This document shows positions 51,051 through 64,000 of a stretch of DNA of 64,000 bases, one piece after another. Under the pieces are notes generated by a model. The model saw only the letters and a program-made list of their open reading frames with translations. It was not told where the DNA came from and searched no databases. Position 1 is the stretch's first letter, and the number at the start of each line of letters is the position of its first letter. Origin of the DNA: the human T2T-CHM13v2.0 reference genome, Homo sapiens; NCBI RefSeq assembly GCF_009914755.1, contig NC_060927.1; one strand, written 5' to 3'. The translations under genes were made by a program, and so were the position numbers.

Positions 51051-53089
51051 CTGTAAGAAGAGATAATGATAAAATAAGATTTTCTTAGGTTATCATATTT
51101 TAATTTTACTATAATGTCAATTTACCTGTAAACAATATACTGTTATAAAATTATTTTGATATTCTACAAATCATTCTAAATACCTGCTTCTAAGGATACA
51201 GATTTTATAAAATATTTTACAGAAAACAAAGAAATTCACTGTATAAACATACGTTTAGCACTGTGCACTAAAAGTCTATGTCTTATTTCCCTAAAGAGAA
51301 TCTACCCCACGACTATCTTCTGACCCTAGGACAGTGGCTTCTTTGCCATTTTATCCCAAGTACAACCATTGGTCAACCACTGAAGCTGTTCCTATGTGGT
51401 TACTCATATCTACTCCTTTTAATTGTAGCCACAACACACATCTATTTTAAGTCTCCTTTATCAATTATTGAGTATTCATATTTTTTTCTCTAAGATTATA
51501 AGCTCCAAGATTATCTATATTTAATTAAAAACAAATGCTTCTTGCAGAGTTATAGTCATTAAACACCAGTTTGATTGCTGGTTTGTGGCTTCCAAAGTGT
51601 TCGAGACTAGTAGTTGGATTTTTGCATTATCCGGCATTACTTTAGCATTTGACTCCATTACCTTTACATATTTATGTAACCCAATCAAATATTTTGTAAA
51701 ATAAATTGGGGGTGGGTACAAATTTTTTAAATGTTTGCTTTTAAACCAAGACATCGCCATCATCTGATCTCATTTTGACTTTTCTTATGAAGTTCATAGT
51801 CTTATGCATATGTCTATAATGTTCTTGGATAGATAAAAGTGATTTCAACTAGACTGCTTAGAATTAATATAGATTTGCTCTGGGATCACTTTTAAAGTTA
51901 TTAATTTGCTATTGATCAAATTTTTTTAAAAGTTACTAATAGTTATCAAGTAATATATTATGTTTAATTTATGACCCTGGACTACCATTAAAGAAAAAGT
52001 TAATTATCAAAAATTTTAAAATGAGCATATTTCTGTGATCATAATGACTACACTCTCTTGGGGCATATTAATATTAAATATCCTCAGTAGACGGATGGAA
52101 ATTCTTGGGCTCCATGCACGAGCACTTCAATCATTTTATCACTTAGTCAGATGCTTACCTAAAAATAGTTGGAGAATTAGCTTTGATATATGTTATTAGA
52201 AACTTCCCTAAATAACCATCTTTCATATTAATATTTTCCCATCACCCTAAGGCCAGTACTTATCCACAGGTTCTAACAGAGAAGGTTGGGCTTAAATTAG
52301 GACACCTGGCTCAAGTCCCATCTATAATATTTCCTGATTTCTTGAATGTATAGTCATAGGTAGCCACCTCCACTCTCCTTCCTTGACTGCCAAATGTAGA
52401 GAGTAATTTTTTCTAGCTCCTAGAGATTTCATGATTCTGTTCTTGCTCATGAGTAGAATATCATGGTATCAAAGCCAGTAAAGTAAGTAAAAGTTCTGTG
52501 TCAATTTAACTGCATAAGTCAATGAAAGTTATTATTACAGGTGTACTAAATAATAACGTAAATCTATTATATATTAAAATAAAATAATTGAATTATTCCC
52601 TGTAGAACAATAACATTGTCTTGCCAAACCTTGGGCTTTGTCATAAATGGGTAAATGCATTGTGAGATTCCATACTAAATAATAATACCTATCCAAGAGG
52701 ATACCTTAGAGGAGTTTAATATCACTTAGCATTTCCTGGACTTTGCTCCAGTTGGAGAAGACAAAGGGTGTATATGCCCAATGGTGGAACCTGTAGACAT
52801 TACAATTACATGACTACTATAGAGATTCCAGAGGTCTATCTCATTTACATGATGCATGAGCTGTCTTCAACAGTTTATATCATGAAAGCCACCATAGTTT
52901 TTGGTTGGAAAGAAAAAAGTTTAGTGAATTACCAAATCCTCAAGCTGATCTGATCCTAAAGGAGCAACATATTATTAATAATTAAAACAACTGGCAGGTT
53001 AATTGCCTCATTGCTCCAGATGAATTCCTTTTAAAGAAACAAATGCTAATCTTAAAAATCAAAAAGGACAACCAGAGCCAGTAACTAAC

Positions 53090-53310
53090 CTCTTGTAGGT
53101 AGCAAGGGCACCAGCAGCTGTTACATCTCAAGGGCCTGTTCACTGTAATGACCTCTCGACCTGAGTTATCTGTGATCCTCAGGGTGCAAGATCGCAGAGT
53201 GGAACAGAAAGTACGATTGAAGCAGATGCTTTCCTCCACTGCAAAGTAAATTCTTTGTCCCAAGCTGTTTTTAATCTCATATTTGTTGGAGGTCTCAGTA
53301 CCAAGTATCA
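53090..53310 (-). CDS. PLSCR5: PLSCR5 exon 4: (M)ILGTETSNKYEIKNSLGQRIYFAVEE..RPLRCNSCWCPCYLQE
   Basis: ATTAG|TG acceptor, GAG|GTTAGT donor, 221 nt; Cys-rich palmitoylation-type cluster. Confidence 0.95.
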
Positions 53311-54209
53311 CTAATGGAACAAAAAAAAATTATAAAAACATTTTTTTCCTTAGTATTGATAACTTTAAATAAAGGGGAGATGTTATTAAAAGAATACAGT
53401 GTCTGATCAATTATTAAATATATGGTATCTTCTTCACACAAATTTATTTCTATGCTCTAAATTTTTAGGACTTAGCCATGGAAATAAAAGTAAATGGTGA
53501 GAATAAAGCTATATAATTAATTAATGTTTATTCCAGATATAAGACCTACTTGAGAACATGTAGTGTACCTTTTCACTAAAGGACAAATGCTTTAAAGAAT
53601 AATTTATAGCTCAAAAAATAATTATATTATTGTTATAGAACTATTGGGACAACTCATGGTGATAATAGTGATTTTGTCTAAAATATTTGTCTGGTAATAT
53701 ATCTAAAGGTGTATGCTATCCTGCTATTTCAATTTTTATATATATTTAGGCATAATATAGAGCACTAAACCCAGAAAATACTCAAGTAATTTGAATCCAG
53801 TTAGTCATGCTTGTAAATTTGTAGATTCTTAAATAATTTGCCTATTTGGTAAATCACTCATTTAGTCAAAACCTTGACTTCCATTTTTGAAATTATTAGG
53901 AAAGTTAAATGATTAGCATCCACGGAAATGATCAAATACCTTTTACTATTTTAAAGTATATGTAATGTCAGAATTTGAATGGCAATATCACCAAAGATTC
54001 AGAGTTTTATGCTTCTATTTTATCTAAATAAGACTAATAATTTTACTTTCAGCTTTTAATTGAAAAAAGACCTAGTACTCTTTTTGATCTAATTCTATTC
54101 TACACATTTAACTTTCTCATTTATAACATATTTAGATGCAAAGAAACTTCTGAAAACTAAAATATTTTCAATAGTTTTAATAAATATGTAATATATATAA
54201 TGCACTTAC

Positions 54210-54252
54210 TTCCAAGCAGCTCCACCTGCTGGTGTATAATTATCAGGTCTAA
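54210..54252 (-). CDS. PLSCR5: PLSCR5 exon 3 (43 nt): LDLIIIHQQVELLG
   Basis: TTTACAG|TTA acceptor, GAA|GTAAGT donor; links exons 2 and 4 in frame. Confidence 0.93.
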
Positions 54253-54504
54253 CTGTAAAGGATGACATAAAAGGAAATAAAAAGTATTAACATCACACGG
54301 AAAACCTTTGGAGATACTACTATTACCCTATTTACTATATTACATAAAATTAGTGATTTTCATGCTTTCTATTAGGAAAACAGTTGAAAATATCTCACAT
54401 TTTACAATGCAAAAGAATGTAATTTTTTTTTTAATTTAAAGAAGAATTTAGAAGAACCTTGAAAATTCCAAGGCAGCATTGAGCAAGAATAAGAATAGCA
54501 ACGG

Positions 54505-54800
54505 GGCTGGGCGCAGTGGCTCATGCCTATAAATCCAGTACTTCTGGAGGTCAAGGTAGGCAGATTGCTTGAGCCCAGGAGTTCGAGACCAGTCTGTGCA
54601 AAATGGCAAACCCCTGTCTTTACAAAAATTAGCTGGCTGTAGTGGCGTGCGCCTCTAGTCCCAGCTACACAGGAGAGAGGTGGAGGTGGGAGGATAGCTT
54701 GATCCTGGGAGGTCGAGGTTGTGGTGCACAGTACACTCCAGCCTAGTCCCCAGAGGGGAGACTCTGTCTCAATTAAAAAAAAAGAAAAAGAAAGAAAAAG
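54505..54800 (+). mobile_element. AluJ in PLSCR5 intron 2
   Basis: GGCTGGGCGCAGTGGCTC..TTGAGCCCAGGAGTTCGAG..A-rich tail. Confidence 0.88.
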
Positions 54801-55339
54801 GAGACTGAGACAGAACTAACTCTGTGTTAACTCCGCAATAATGAGAAAATTAGAGTAGATCTTGAAAACAAGAGTTTGTGAAGATTTTTAAACAATCTCT
54901 GAATTATAATGTTTAAGATGTTTTACAACTCAATTTTTTTAGAAGACATGAAACAACACAATAATGATTTGAATGCCTGGCCTCTCCTCTTAACCTCTGC
55001 CTACGTCTACTATCACTCTGTCAAACTGCAACTCATATCTTTCAGTGATGGAATATATTTGTTAAACCTGAAAGGTTATTGTATACATTTTTCTCTCATT
55101 CACACTTTCCTTTGGACTAAAAATAAAAATGAGTTCCTGTGGATGCCAACAAAATACCAATTTAAGTCAAATAAATGTTATGGCACTAAATACATTACAA
55201 GATTTGACTTATGTAATTAAAAATAAAGTTAATTTACAGAGATAAAGTATCCACAGATAATTGAGAAATGATGATTAAATTAAAAAATCTGTAATGCAAA
55301 TTGCTTTTTAAAGGAAATATGAAAGTTATGTTCTTATAA

Positions 55340-55705
<366 letters not shown>

Positions 55706-56399
55706 TAATGCAAAAGCATGAACACTAAATATGCTGCTGATCATTGTATTTTCTAACGCTTCATTTTTCCTTTCACCTTAAAATTTTCTTCACCATATTC
55801 TCCCTTCGCATTAATAAACTCACCAGTAACTATTAAACTAACCAGTCATTACTAAAATTTGGTATTGATTGGACATCACAATCTCAGAACATTTGAAGCT
55901 ACATGATTTCCCTCATTCTCCTTGTATGTCCTAAGGTGAAGGTAAAACTAATATCATTTTCTCTATTTAAACCTTATTATTGATAAAATAATATGTGTGG
56001 CCTCTTTTTTAAGATTCACAAAAAATATTTTTCCAAAAATAATTTATGATCTAAGATATTCTAAAACCTAAATTAACAATAATAAGAAAGCTTTTATTAG
56101 AAAAAAAATACTAGACCAAGTCTTTAGTAGTGTACTGCATTAGTTCTGTTATCTTCTGAGGAAAACGGAGTGGTAAGCCTCAACAAGGATATATGTTATT
56201 ATTTAGTAGTTGATCTAAGCAAAAGTAACTTAGAAATGGAGATCTGTGTGATCAAGAATAAAGTGGGAGTTTAGGTACTTTGAATACTGTTGTCATGAAT
56301 CAAGTTCTAGTATTGAAATTTAGAAACTATTAATTGAAGTCCACCTGACAATGAAAAAGTAGTACCTCTCTAATATCCAACAATAACAGTTTTTTTAAT

Positions 56400-56570
56400 T
56401 GAATAACTACCATAAGGTAGTCACTGTGCTAGATGTTTAGACAGCATCTGATTTAATCCTCACAAAAACTCAGAGAGATAAATATCATTAATTTTAAATG
56501 TGAGGAAACAAGCCCACAGAGATTAAGTAATTTGCCCACCATCACAGAACTTGTAAATGGACATCAATTC
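56400..56570 (-). mobile_element. MIR SINE
   Basis: TCACTGTGCTAG..ATTTAATCCTCACAA..AAATGTGAGGAAAC..GAGATTAAGTAATTTGCCCA. Confidence 0.65.
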
Positions 56571-57844
56571 TGACATGCATTCTATTCTGTTTCTTTACTG
56601 ACATCACTACGCTAAATTTAAGGGAAATAAGTCTTAAGTGACGACATGAAACTTGAGTACCTTTCCTATTTTCTTTACTCTTATACCCTCCCCATCCTCT
56701 GTAATAACATTTGATTTGCTCTCTCTGTGAAAAAATCTCCTGGATTTAAGGGAGTTGTTTGCTTTAGGTTGTTCTTGTAGTTTTCCTTAAATAGCACATA
56801 GCCACTTACAAACTATGGCCCAAAGGGGCATTTTCCATTCTTTTTCTATTCATTGATAGACTAGCAATTTTGGAAACTTTAAACAGATTGAATTATACAT
56901 TTAGGTGTCATGGCAAGTAAAACTTAACTCCTTAAGTATGAAAGCTGTAGAAATGAAAATACAATGAGAGGATTAGATGTATGGCTTAATAATTAATTTT
57001 AAAAAAATCAAGTTGACAGGTATCAATGATTCCATTTGATATATGTATTTCAAAATAAATTGGATATTTACATGTTTTGTAGACTTTAACTCATTACTCT
57101 TATGTATAGGTGACTATAATAATTATTCTTTGACACTATACAGTAAAATGTTATTGACTGTATGAACATGTAAATTTAATTTGGAAAGAATTTATTGATT
57201 TTACTCTTAGATTTAATGTACATTATATAGCTAAACACTCATATATGTATATTTTCAAATTGTTCATGGAAACAAGATTCTCAATAGTAATTGGATGGAC
57301 TTGATTAAAAGAGAATAGATGTTAAAATATTTTATTTAAATTTTTAAATTTAGAACATATTAATTGTATATTTCCTGTTTATTCATTGATTAATGTACTA
57401 TTTCCAAATGTTCATTATTTTGTTTGATTTTTGTGGCTTTTAGGGAAAAGTTGGCGTCTAAAAATTCATTTTATATTGTGTCTCTTCCAGACTCATGGCA
57501 TAACAGTTTGGAAGTGCTCATTCATCCTTTTATATGTGCACTGCTTTAAAGTAAAGTAAATAAATGTTCTTTTAGTATAAAGTGAGGAAATTACCTTTCC
57601 CTTTAGAAGTAGAATATTCAACAATTGGTGGCATATTTTTCTTTTCTTGGAATGATTAACAAAGGTATATTTTTGGAAAATTTATTCCATTTTAGAACCA
57701 AAGCCAGTGGGCTCATATCTCTACTTATTGAACACAACAAAAATGTATTCATGTCAAGCATCTGGCTCCGGGTGTGTCATCATTCATGAATGGAAGAAGA
57801 ATATGTGATGACCATATGTGATCATCAAACCTCAGCCCTCTGGC

Positions 57845-58210
57845 ACTGGTATATCACTTTTATACTTGGCAAAACCTTGTCTGACAACATTCCCAAACAG
57901 CTTGCAGCAGTTAATCAACTCTAGTCAGCTATTACAGCTGATCCTTTCTGCAGATGGAAGATGGTAGGTTTGCGTTTCCAGCTCTTTTACATATCTCCCT
58001 GAGCTCTCCAGTCTCTAAAGTACATTTGTCTGCCAGTGGGTTTCTGGAGAAGACATCTGCAATTATAAACATTTTCCCAGGAACATATGCTGCGTGCAGC
58101 TTAAACCCTATCAGGCATAACAGAAATCTCTTGTACCTTAAGGGAATTAACACAGAGATTTGATTTTGATAAAGGAGATAGACTTTATAGTTTGAAAGAA
58201 TGCCAAACAA
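57845..58210 (-). mobile_element. Degenerate Ty3/Gypsy pol fragment (RNase H C-terminus and linker)
   Basis: IPLRYKRFLLCLIGFKLHAAYVPGKMFIIADVFSRNPL resembles the Gypsy motif PPRIQR..L.L..F...I.YVPGK....AD.LSR.P; downstream frameshifted pieces LLQAVWECC and QGFAKYKSDIP. Confidence 0.65.
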
Positions 58211-58835
58211 GCTGAAAATTGCAGCAGATGTGCTGACATCTCAATATTAGTGTAATTGTACTTCTAATCCTTTTTAGGATAAAATACAAAAGCAACAATA
58301 ATATACATACATGAATAGCAATAGCTGAATTTTATATGCCATAAAATTCAGATAGTGATATTTTGATTGATTTATTATAAGGCTTGAATCCTGCCTACTT
58401 TACAATGACTAGAACAGTGACTATACCCAATAGCAATATGCTCTTTTAAGCAAATTGGCCTGGAGATGCAGTGGTATCAGCAGACAATGTTCACTTTATA
58501 ACTGCTTTGTCTTGGATTTGTGTCCTCCTTTTGAGATTCAGTTGAAGACATTGAACTCAGCTCATTGTTGAAGTCTCTCTAGTACTTTGATCCTTAACAA
58601 CCTCTCTCTCCTCTATACACCTGCACAAATTACAATAGTGTGTTTATCAGTCATTTGTACACAGGCTTGCACTTTTCATTAACTTTTTTTTTTTTTTGTC
58701 TTGCCAATTAGGTTGCAGAACTTTTGGGTAAGAGGGGCTAGGTTTCGTGCTTTTTATATGTCTCTAGTATAGCAAGCACTCGACAAATATTCTTTAAATA
58801 AATAGCTGTAGATGACTAGATATGTTAGAAAATTT

Positions 58836-59128
58836 CTTTTCTTTTCTTTTTTTTTTTTTTCCAAGGCAAGTCTCACTCTGTCACCCAGTCTGGAGTGCAA
58901 TGGTGAGATCACAGCTCATTGTAGCCTTGACCTTCCTGGGCTCAGGTGATCCTCCCACCTCAGCATCCCGAGTAGCTAGGACCACAGGCAAATGTCACCA
59001 TGCCCTGATAATTTTTATAGAGACAGGGTTTTATCATGTTGCGCAGCCTGGTCTGGAACTCCTGGCTTATCCACATGCCATGGGCTCCCAAAATGCTGGG
59101 ATTACAGGCGTGAGCCACCGTGCCTGGC
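58836..59128 (-). mobile_element. AluJ in PLSCR5 intron 2
   Basis: Poly-T then diverged Alu reverse complement. Confidence 0.85.
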
Positions 59129-59453
59129 ATATTAGACAATTTCTTGAGCAAAAATTTACTGACACCTTGAACAATGAACAAGTGGATAAATATGCTAAAC
59201 AGCTCCATCAAAAATATTTAGTCTCATCATTCTGTCAAATAAATAAGGAAGATAAAAGTAGTAATAAGATACACTTTTAAAAATAGTAGAAATAAATAAA
59301 GTTAATATTTTATAATTTTATGATTTATAATGCTTTTTTCATTTCAGTAAATTATTGGTTAAATTCTTTCAACCTTGATTGAAAAGCCAGAAAGAAAGTT
59401 TGTATTAATTTTAAGGGTAGAACATATCTGTAGTAATAGAAAGATAAAAACAC

Positions 59454-59629
59454 CTGGCTTAAATATTCTAGACCAGGAGGGAGACTGACTGTTGGCAGGA
59501 AACTGCTTGGCAGAGGGAGACTCAGCTGCCATGCTTGGTTCCCTGGATTGGAAGAGGCAGGAAGGCTTTGGTCTGGGTCTGGAGCTCCAGGAAGAAAACC
59601 AGGCAGACCTCTTCTTTGGTTCTGGGCAT
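59454..59629 (-). CDS. PLSCR5: PLSCR5 exon 2: (D)AQNQRRGLPGFLPG..PTVSLPPGLEYLSQ; exon 1 is outside the window
   Basis: CTCTTGCAG|AT acceptor, CAG|GTGTTT donor, 176 nt; PPGLEYL scramblase motif. Confidence 0.93.
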
Positions 59630-59884
59630 CTGCAAGAGAATGGAAATCCCAATCCATATTTAAATTTAGGCCATTTTATTTAGTCCTTCTTAAAGTATTT
59701 GTTACTTCTTGATTGATAGGATAGTTTATCTCCTGCCTCTCATTTTAATGCCCTTTTCCTTCTTTTCACTACTCACTGCCATTATTACTTGTCCCCTAAG
59801 TTAGAAAAAACGAAACGCAGAAGACTGCTGGTAGTAGTTGTGAGAAAAAGTTGAATTTAGCCAAAATAAAAGACTTTAGAAAAA

Positions 59885-60180
59885 AATATGCATATGTGTA
59901 TATGTATCTGTATATATATAATTACTTGCATATATATACTTACTGCATATATATTTATATGCATACATAAATTATATATTATATACATATATGAACCAAA
60001 ATGTGGAGAGTAATTATCGGTTACTTTATACATATATAAATTATATATTATATAACTATATATAGGTATATACATACAAATCGATGTTACTTGAATAGAT
60101 ATGCAGTAATACATGTCTATATATTTATATATATACTTATTTTTATATATTTATATTTGTATGTCTATATTTATATAACC
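59885..60180. repeat. Degenerate (TA)-rich low-complexity tract
   Basis: Seen directly; ATAAATTATATATTATATA occurs twice. Confidence 0.8.
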
Positions 60181-63100
60181 AATAATAGTTTGAAGCTATG
60201 CATCCTTTTGTAGCTCACCCAATATTACAAAATATAAAAGATATCATAATCAAAGAATTCTATAAAGTTTGACTAAAATTTTTAGAGAAGACATCTGTTT
60301 TCTATATTATTGCCAGGTAAATATGTTACCATTTTAATCATCTTTTATTTTGAAATTTGGGGGTTTGTTATTTACTTTGCATTACTCTGTGTAATTTTAT
60401 GTATAGCCCCTAATAAGGTGGTATATGCAAAAGTCGTTTTGTTTAAAAATATAAATGATAGCCTTTCTACTATTTTTTTCTTCTCACATAACTACCACTT
60501 GGATATCTCTCTCATTAGATATAATTTTTTTTTCAAAGAATATCAGTGTTTTTACTTCTCATGTTTAGTAATCAACAAAGTGTTAGAGATTTCACAAGTG
60601 CATTCAGTTAGTTTATCCACATTATGCTGTTTTAGATTGGGTATAGATGTGAAGCAAGGTTTGTGACAGGTATTTTCAAATATGAGAAGGGCCGTTATGA
60701 AGACAAGTAAATCAGATTGTCCTAAAGACATACAAAAGAGAGGGGCAAGGAAATTGCTTCTGATTGACAACAAGTAGGAAATTTATAACAGCTACACAAA
60801 GATTTGAATAAGTATTCTCATTACTCATATACCAAAATTGAAGCGGAATCCATATAATTAGCAGCAAATTACAATGTTCTCACTTCAGCAATGACTCTCA
60901 AATTCATGAATGTTTGTGTGTGGGGCAGGGGGGTGGTGAAGAAACATCTTTATCTTTTAAATCTGTGAAAAATAAATTCTAAAAATGAATTGGGTTTCCT
61001 TTGGTGATAGTAAATTTCTCATCATTAAGAAAACTCAAGCATATTCTGCATTCATTCATTCATTTATTTATTCATGAAGTAAATTCATTCATTTATTTAT
61101 TTAACCTTAAGGTTGTACGAATAAACTGAGTTCATTATTATTAGTGTAGGGCCATTAAGTTTGTACTGGTCTGTGATATTTAGAATGTAGACATGCTTTA
61201 TGGTTAGGACCAAATGGAATAACTTGTCAAATGGCCCTACTAAAATACAGCTTCCTACTGATAATACTATAGCAGTTTGGTTTCTGCAAGTACCCCCACC
61301 CTGAACTTCTCACACATCTGGAGCAGATACAAAGGATATAGGCTTTAGACCTTCCCCTGCTCTTGAGAATGGCTCCTCAATAGGATCCTAAGTAGTAAAG
61401 CCAGAGAAAGACTATGTAACACTATGTCAGATTTGGGAGAAGAGCTAATGGCCATTAATATAACAATAATGATGCAAAAATATTAAAAGGCAATAAACAT
61501 TATTTCTTTAGCGTTAGTGCAAAATGTACCATTGTCACTTTCAGAAAAACATAGAAGCAAAATTATGATATAGGGAAAACTAGTTCACAATGATAAAATC
61601 CAGAATAGTGGTCCATCTTGGGAAAGGGAGGATGCATGGCTATTAGCTAGAAAGAGAACATTATAGAATCTAGAAATGTCTATATCTTGATCTTGGTGGT
61701 GGTCATGAATGGGTCCTTATTTTAAAAATCATGGAGCCTAGGTTTTGTGCTCTATGTACTTCACTGCACATATTATCTCTCAATTAAAAACCATGTGTAG
61801 GGATTAATTTCTAACAATAGCTAGTATAAGATTTTTAGATTCTCTCTCATTGTAAACTTAATTGTTAAAGGGATTCACAAATTACCCCAATTTTATCTTG
61901 TAAATTATGTTTGCTGTAACAAAATGCAGTAGGTTATGGAGGGTTTGGCAAGTAGCTGTACATTCCCGCCCAGTCCTGGAGGGCCTTAGACTTCACAGCA
62001 AGTCCAGAAGCATTAATGCACTTGGAGCTCAGAGGATATTGTGTCCAAAGTCTTTATTTAGGAGTAGAGTGTGAGTGAGTCTCTGCCTGAGACTGTTGAG
62101 AGACATCACTATTCTGAGATCACTAGCTGCTTCTTCTGGGATTTTAGTTCACATTGAAGCAACCTTTGGAGACAGCTCTTGCTCAGTTCAGATCACCGTG
62201 TTTGAGAGCAACTTGCTCTTAAATTGTGTTAATTTCTACTAAGCCAGGATGCTCCAGCTCACACAAATGTCTCTTCAGTTCTAATGGCACCTGGTATTTA
62301 GACTGTCTTTTGGTTTAGTAGTGCTGATTGATCTGCCTATGAAATATGTGAAATGTACAATTAGTCTGCATTCCCTGGGAAAATGCTAATTGCCAATATA
62401 GTTACTGGACAAGAAAACATGATGTTATAAATAATGTGTTTATATACAGCTGAAGAAAACTATCCACAAAAATGTTTTACTTAGATAATGGTGATAATTT
62501 GACTTGCCCTCTTAAACAAGATATCTAATTCACAAGAAAGCTTCATTATCACTTATATTCTCCTAGGTAGTATGAAGTCTCTAATAGGTGTTTTATCCTT
62601 CCATGCATTAAATATTTTGAGCCGGTTGCAGAAGGAGGGTCAGTTTTCCACCTGAAGTTTTGCTTCTAAGTTTAGACTTGGGTCTTTATCATTATGGAAC
62701 ATCACTGCTTCCTGTTAGATTAATCATATTTTGACATAATATTACTTTCCAGTCACAAGTTTCTTCAAAGACTCAGACAACCAGATGAAGAAGGAACTCC
62801 TTTGAATTTCGTACTGGCTTTGAATTTCTATCTACTCTTTTAAAAATGTATAACTAGCTTATAAATATTTTATACACTCTGCAACTTTTTACCTTACAGT
62901 CTACAGTATTGCTGTAACTCTTATTTTATAAAGTGATGAAGTATTTTGGACTAAATAGTAGTGTCAGTCTTAAATGAAAGGAAATATTTGTCAAGGTTTT
63001 TTGTTTATTTGTCTTCAGATAGAAAAAAATGACACATATGTTAAATTCATGATTTTGCTATTTCACATCTATGTTTTACAATTTGTGTGAGCTTTCTCAG

Positions 63101-63759
63101 TGATTCTGAGGGACTGAGGGACTGGTCTACATTAAAGATTGATAAAAAATGGAAAGATTATCTCATTTGTTTCATATTAAATAGTGACCAAAAGTGTGTT
63201 TTCATAAAGGAAGCAAGTAAGCATACACATTTGTTTGAATGGATCACTAATTTAGGATATTACAAATTGATGAGCCCTATTATCCTATTTGTAATTAATT
63301 TAAAAGGTTTTCACCAATTATACTAATTATAATTCTTCATGCTAAAACTTTTCATTATAGCCTAGGCTTTAGTGGTTCATTCTGACAATGAAATGAAAGC
63401 ACATTATAATTTTATTTCTTACACAGTTTCACAAGTGTTTTTAGTGAGATTGCAACTTACTTTAAAAACAACTACATCTCTTGTCTTTTTAGACCTTCTT
63501 TAAAGTAAGATAACGTAATGATATTTTTGCAGTTTTAGGAATTTGAGAAAAAACTCATCAGTCCTACTCCCCAAAAGTCTGCTAAGTGATCTGTGCGCTT
63601 AAAGTAGATATTTTCTGTTTGTTTTCTATCTTTAATTTACCATAAGGAAATTTCAAGATATTTTTGCTTTATAATTCAGAAATACTTATTTCTAGCCCAT
63701 CACATTTAAGAATCAATAATAACGCATGTCAGATTCTTTATAATAAATGGCTATATCAC

Positions 63760-63980
63760 ATAATTTGAATAACAAATGGGAAAATAAAACTTAGAGAGTG
63801 TAACTGGATTGTCTGTAACTCAAAGGCTGAATGCTTGATGGGATGGATATCCCATTCCCCTTTATGTCCTTAATTCACATTGCCTGCTTGTATGAAGACA
63901 TCTCATGTATCCCATAAGTATATATACCTACTATGTACCCACATAAATTTTTAAAATTTTAATTAAAAAAATTATTAAAT
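63760..63980 (+). mobile_element. L1MA 3' end
   Basis: GAGTGTAACTGGATTGTCTGTAACTCAAAGG..GGGATGGATATCCCATT..ACCTACTATGTACCCAC followed by an A-rich tail. Confidence 0.75.
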
Positions 63981-64000
63981 TGCACTTTAACACTTTCTAA

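Overview
Primate (very probably human, 3q24) genomic DNA from the phospholipid scramblase cluster. Left end: PLSCR1 intron 1, non-coding exon 1 (minus strand, donor at 3632/3631) and CpG-island promoter with two ISREs and a GAS motif. About 4.3-45 kb: TE-dense intergenic region with a near-full-length Charlie3/MER1 hAT transposon nested in a 5'-inverted L1, two complete THE1 MaLR proviruses, many solo LTRs, Alus and a 3'-truncated U6 pseudogene. About 45-64 kb: PLSCR5 on the minus strand, with coding exons 2-7 and a predicted 3'UTR exon 8 (exon 1 lies right of the window). All six coding exons have canonical AG/GT junctions and join in frame. Gene and TE family names come from recall of sequences, not from database searches. 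I find no convincing new multi-gene system. The best leads are a decayed Ty3/Gypsy pol relic in PLSCR5 intron 2, a MER61-like LTR with clustered p53/kB/octamer sites, a possible stop-free circRNA of PLSCR5 exons 3-6, and an L2-like fragment captured inside a younger Tigger3a.
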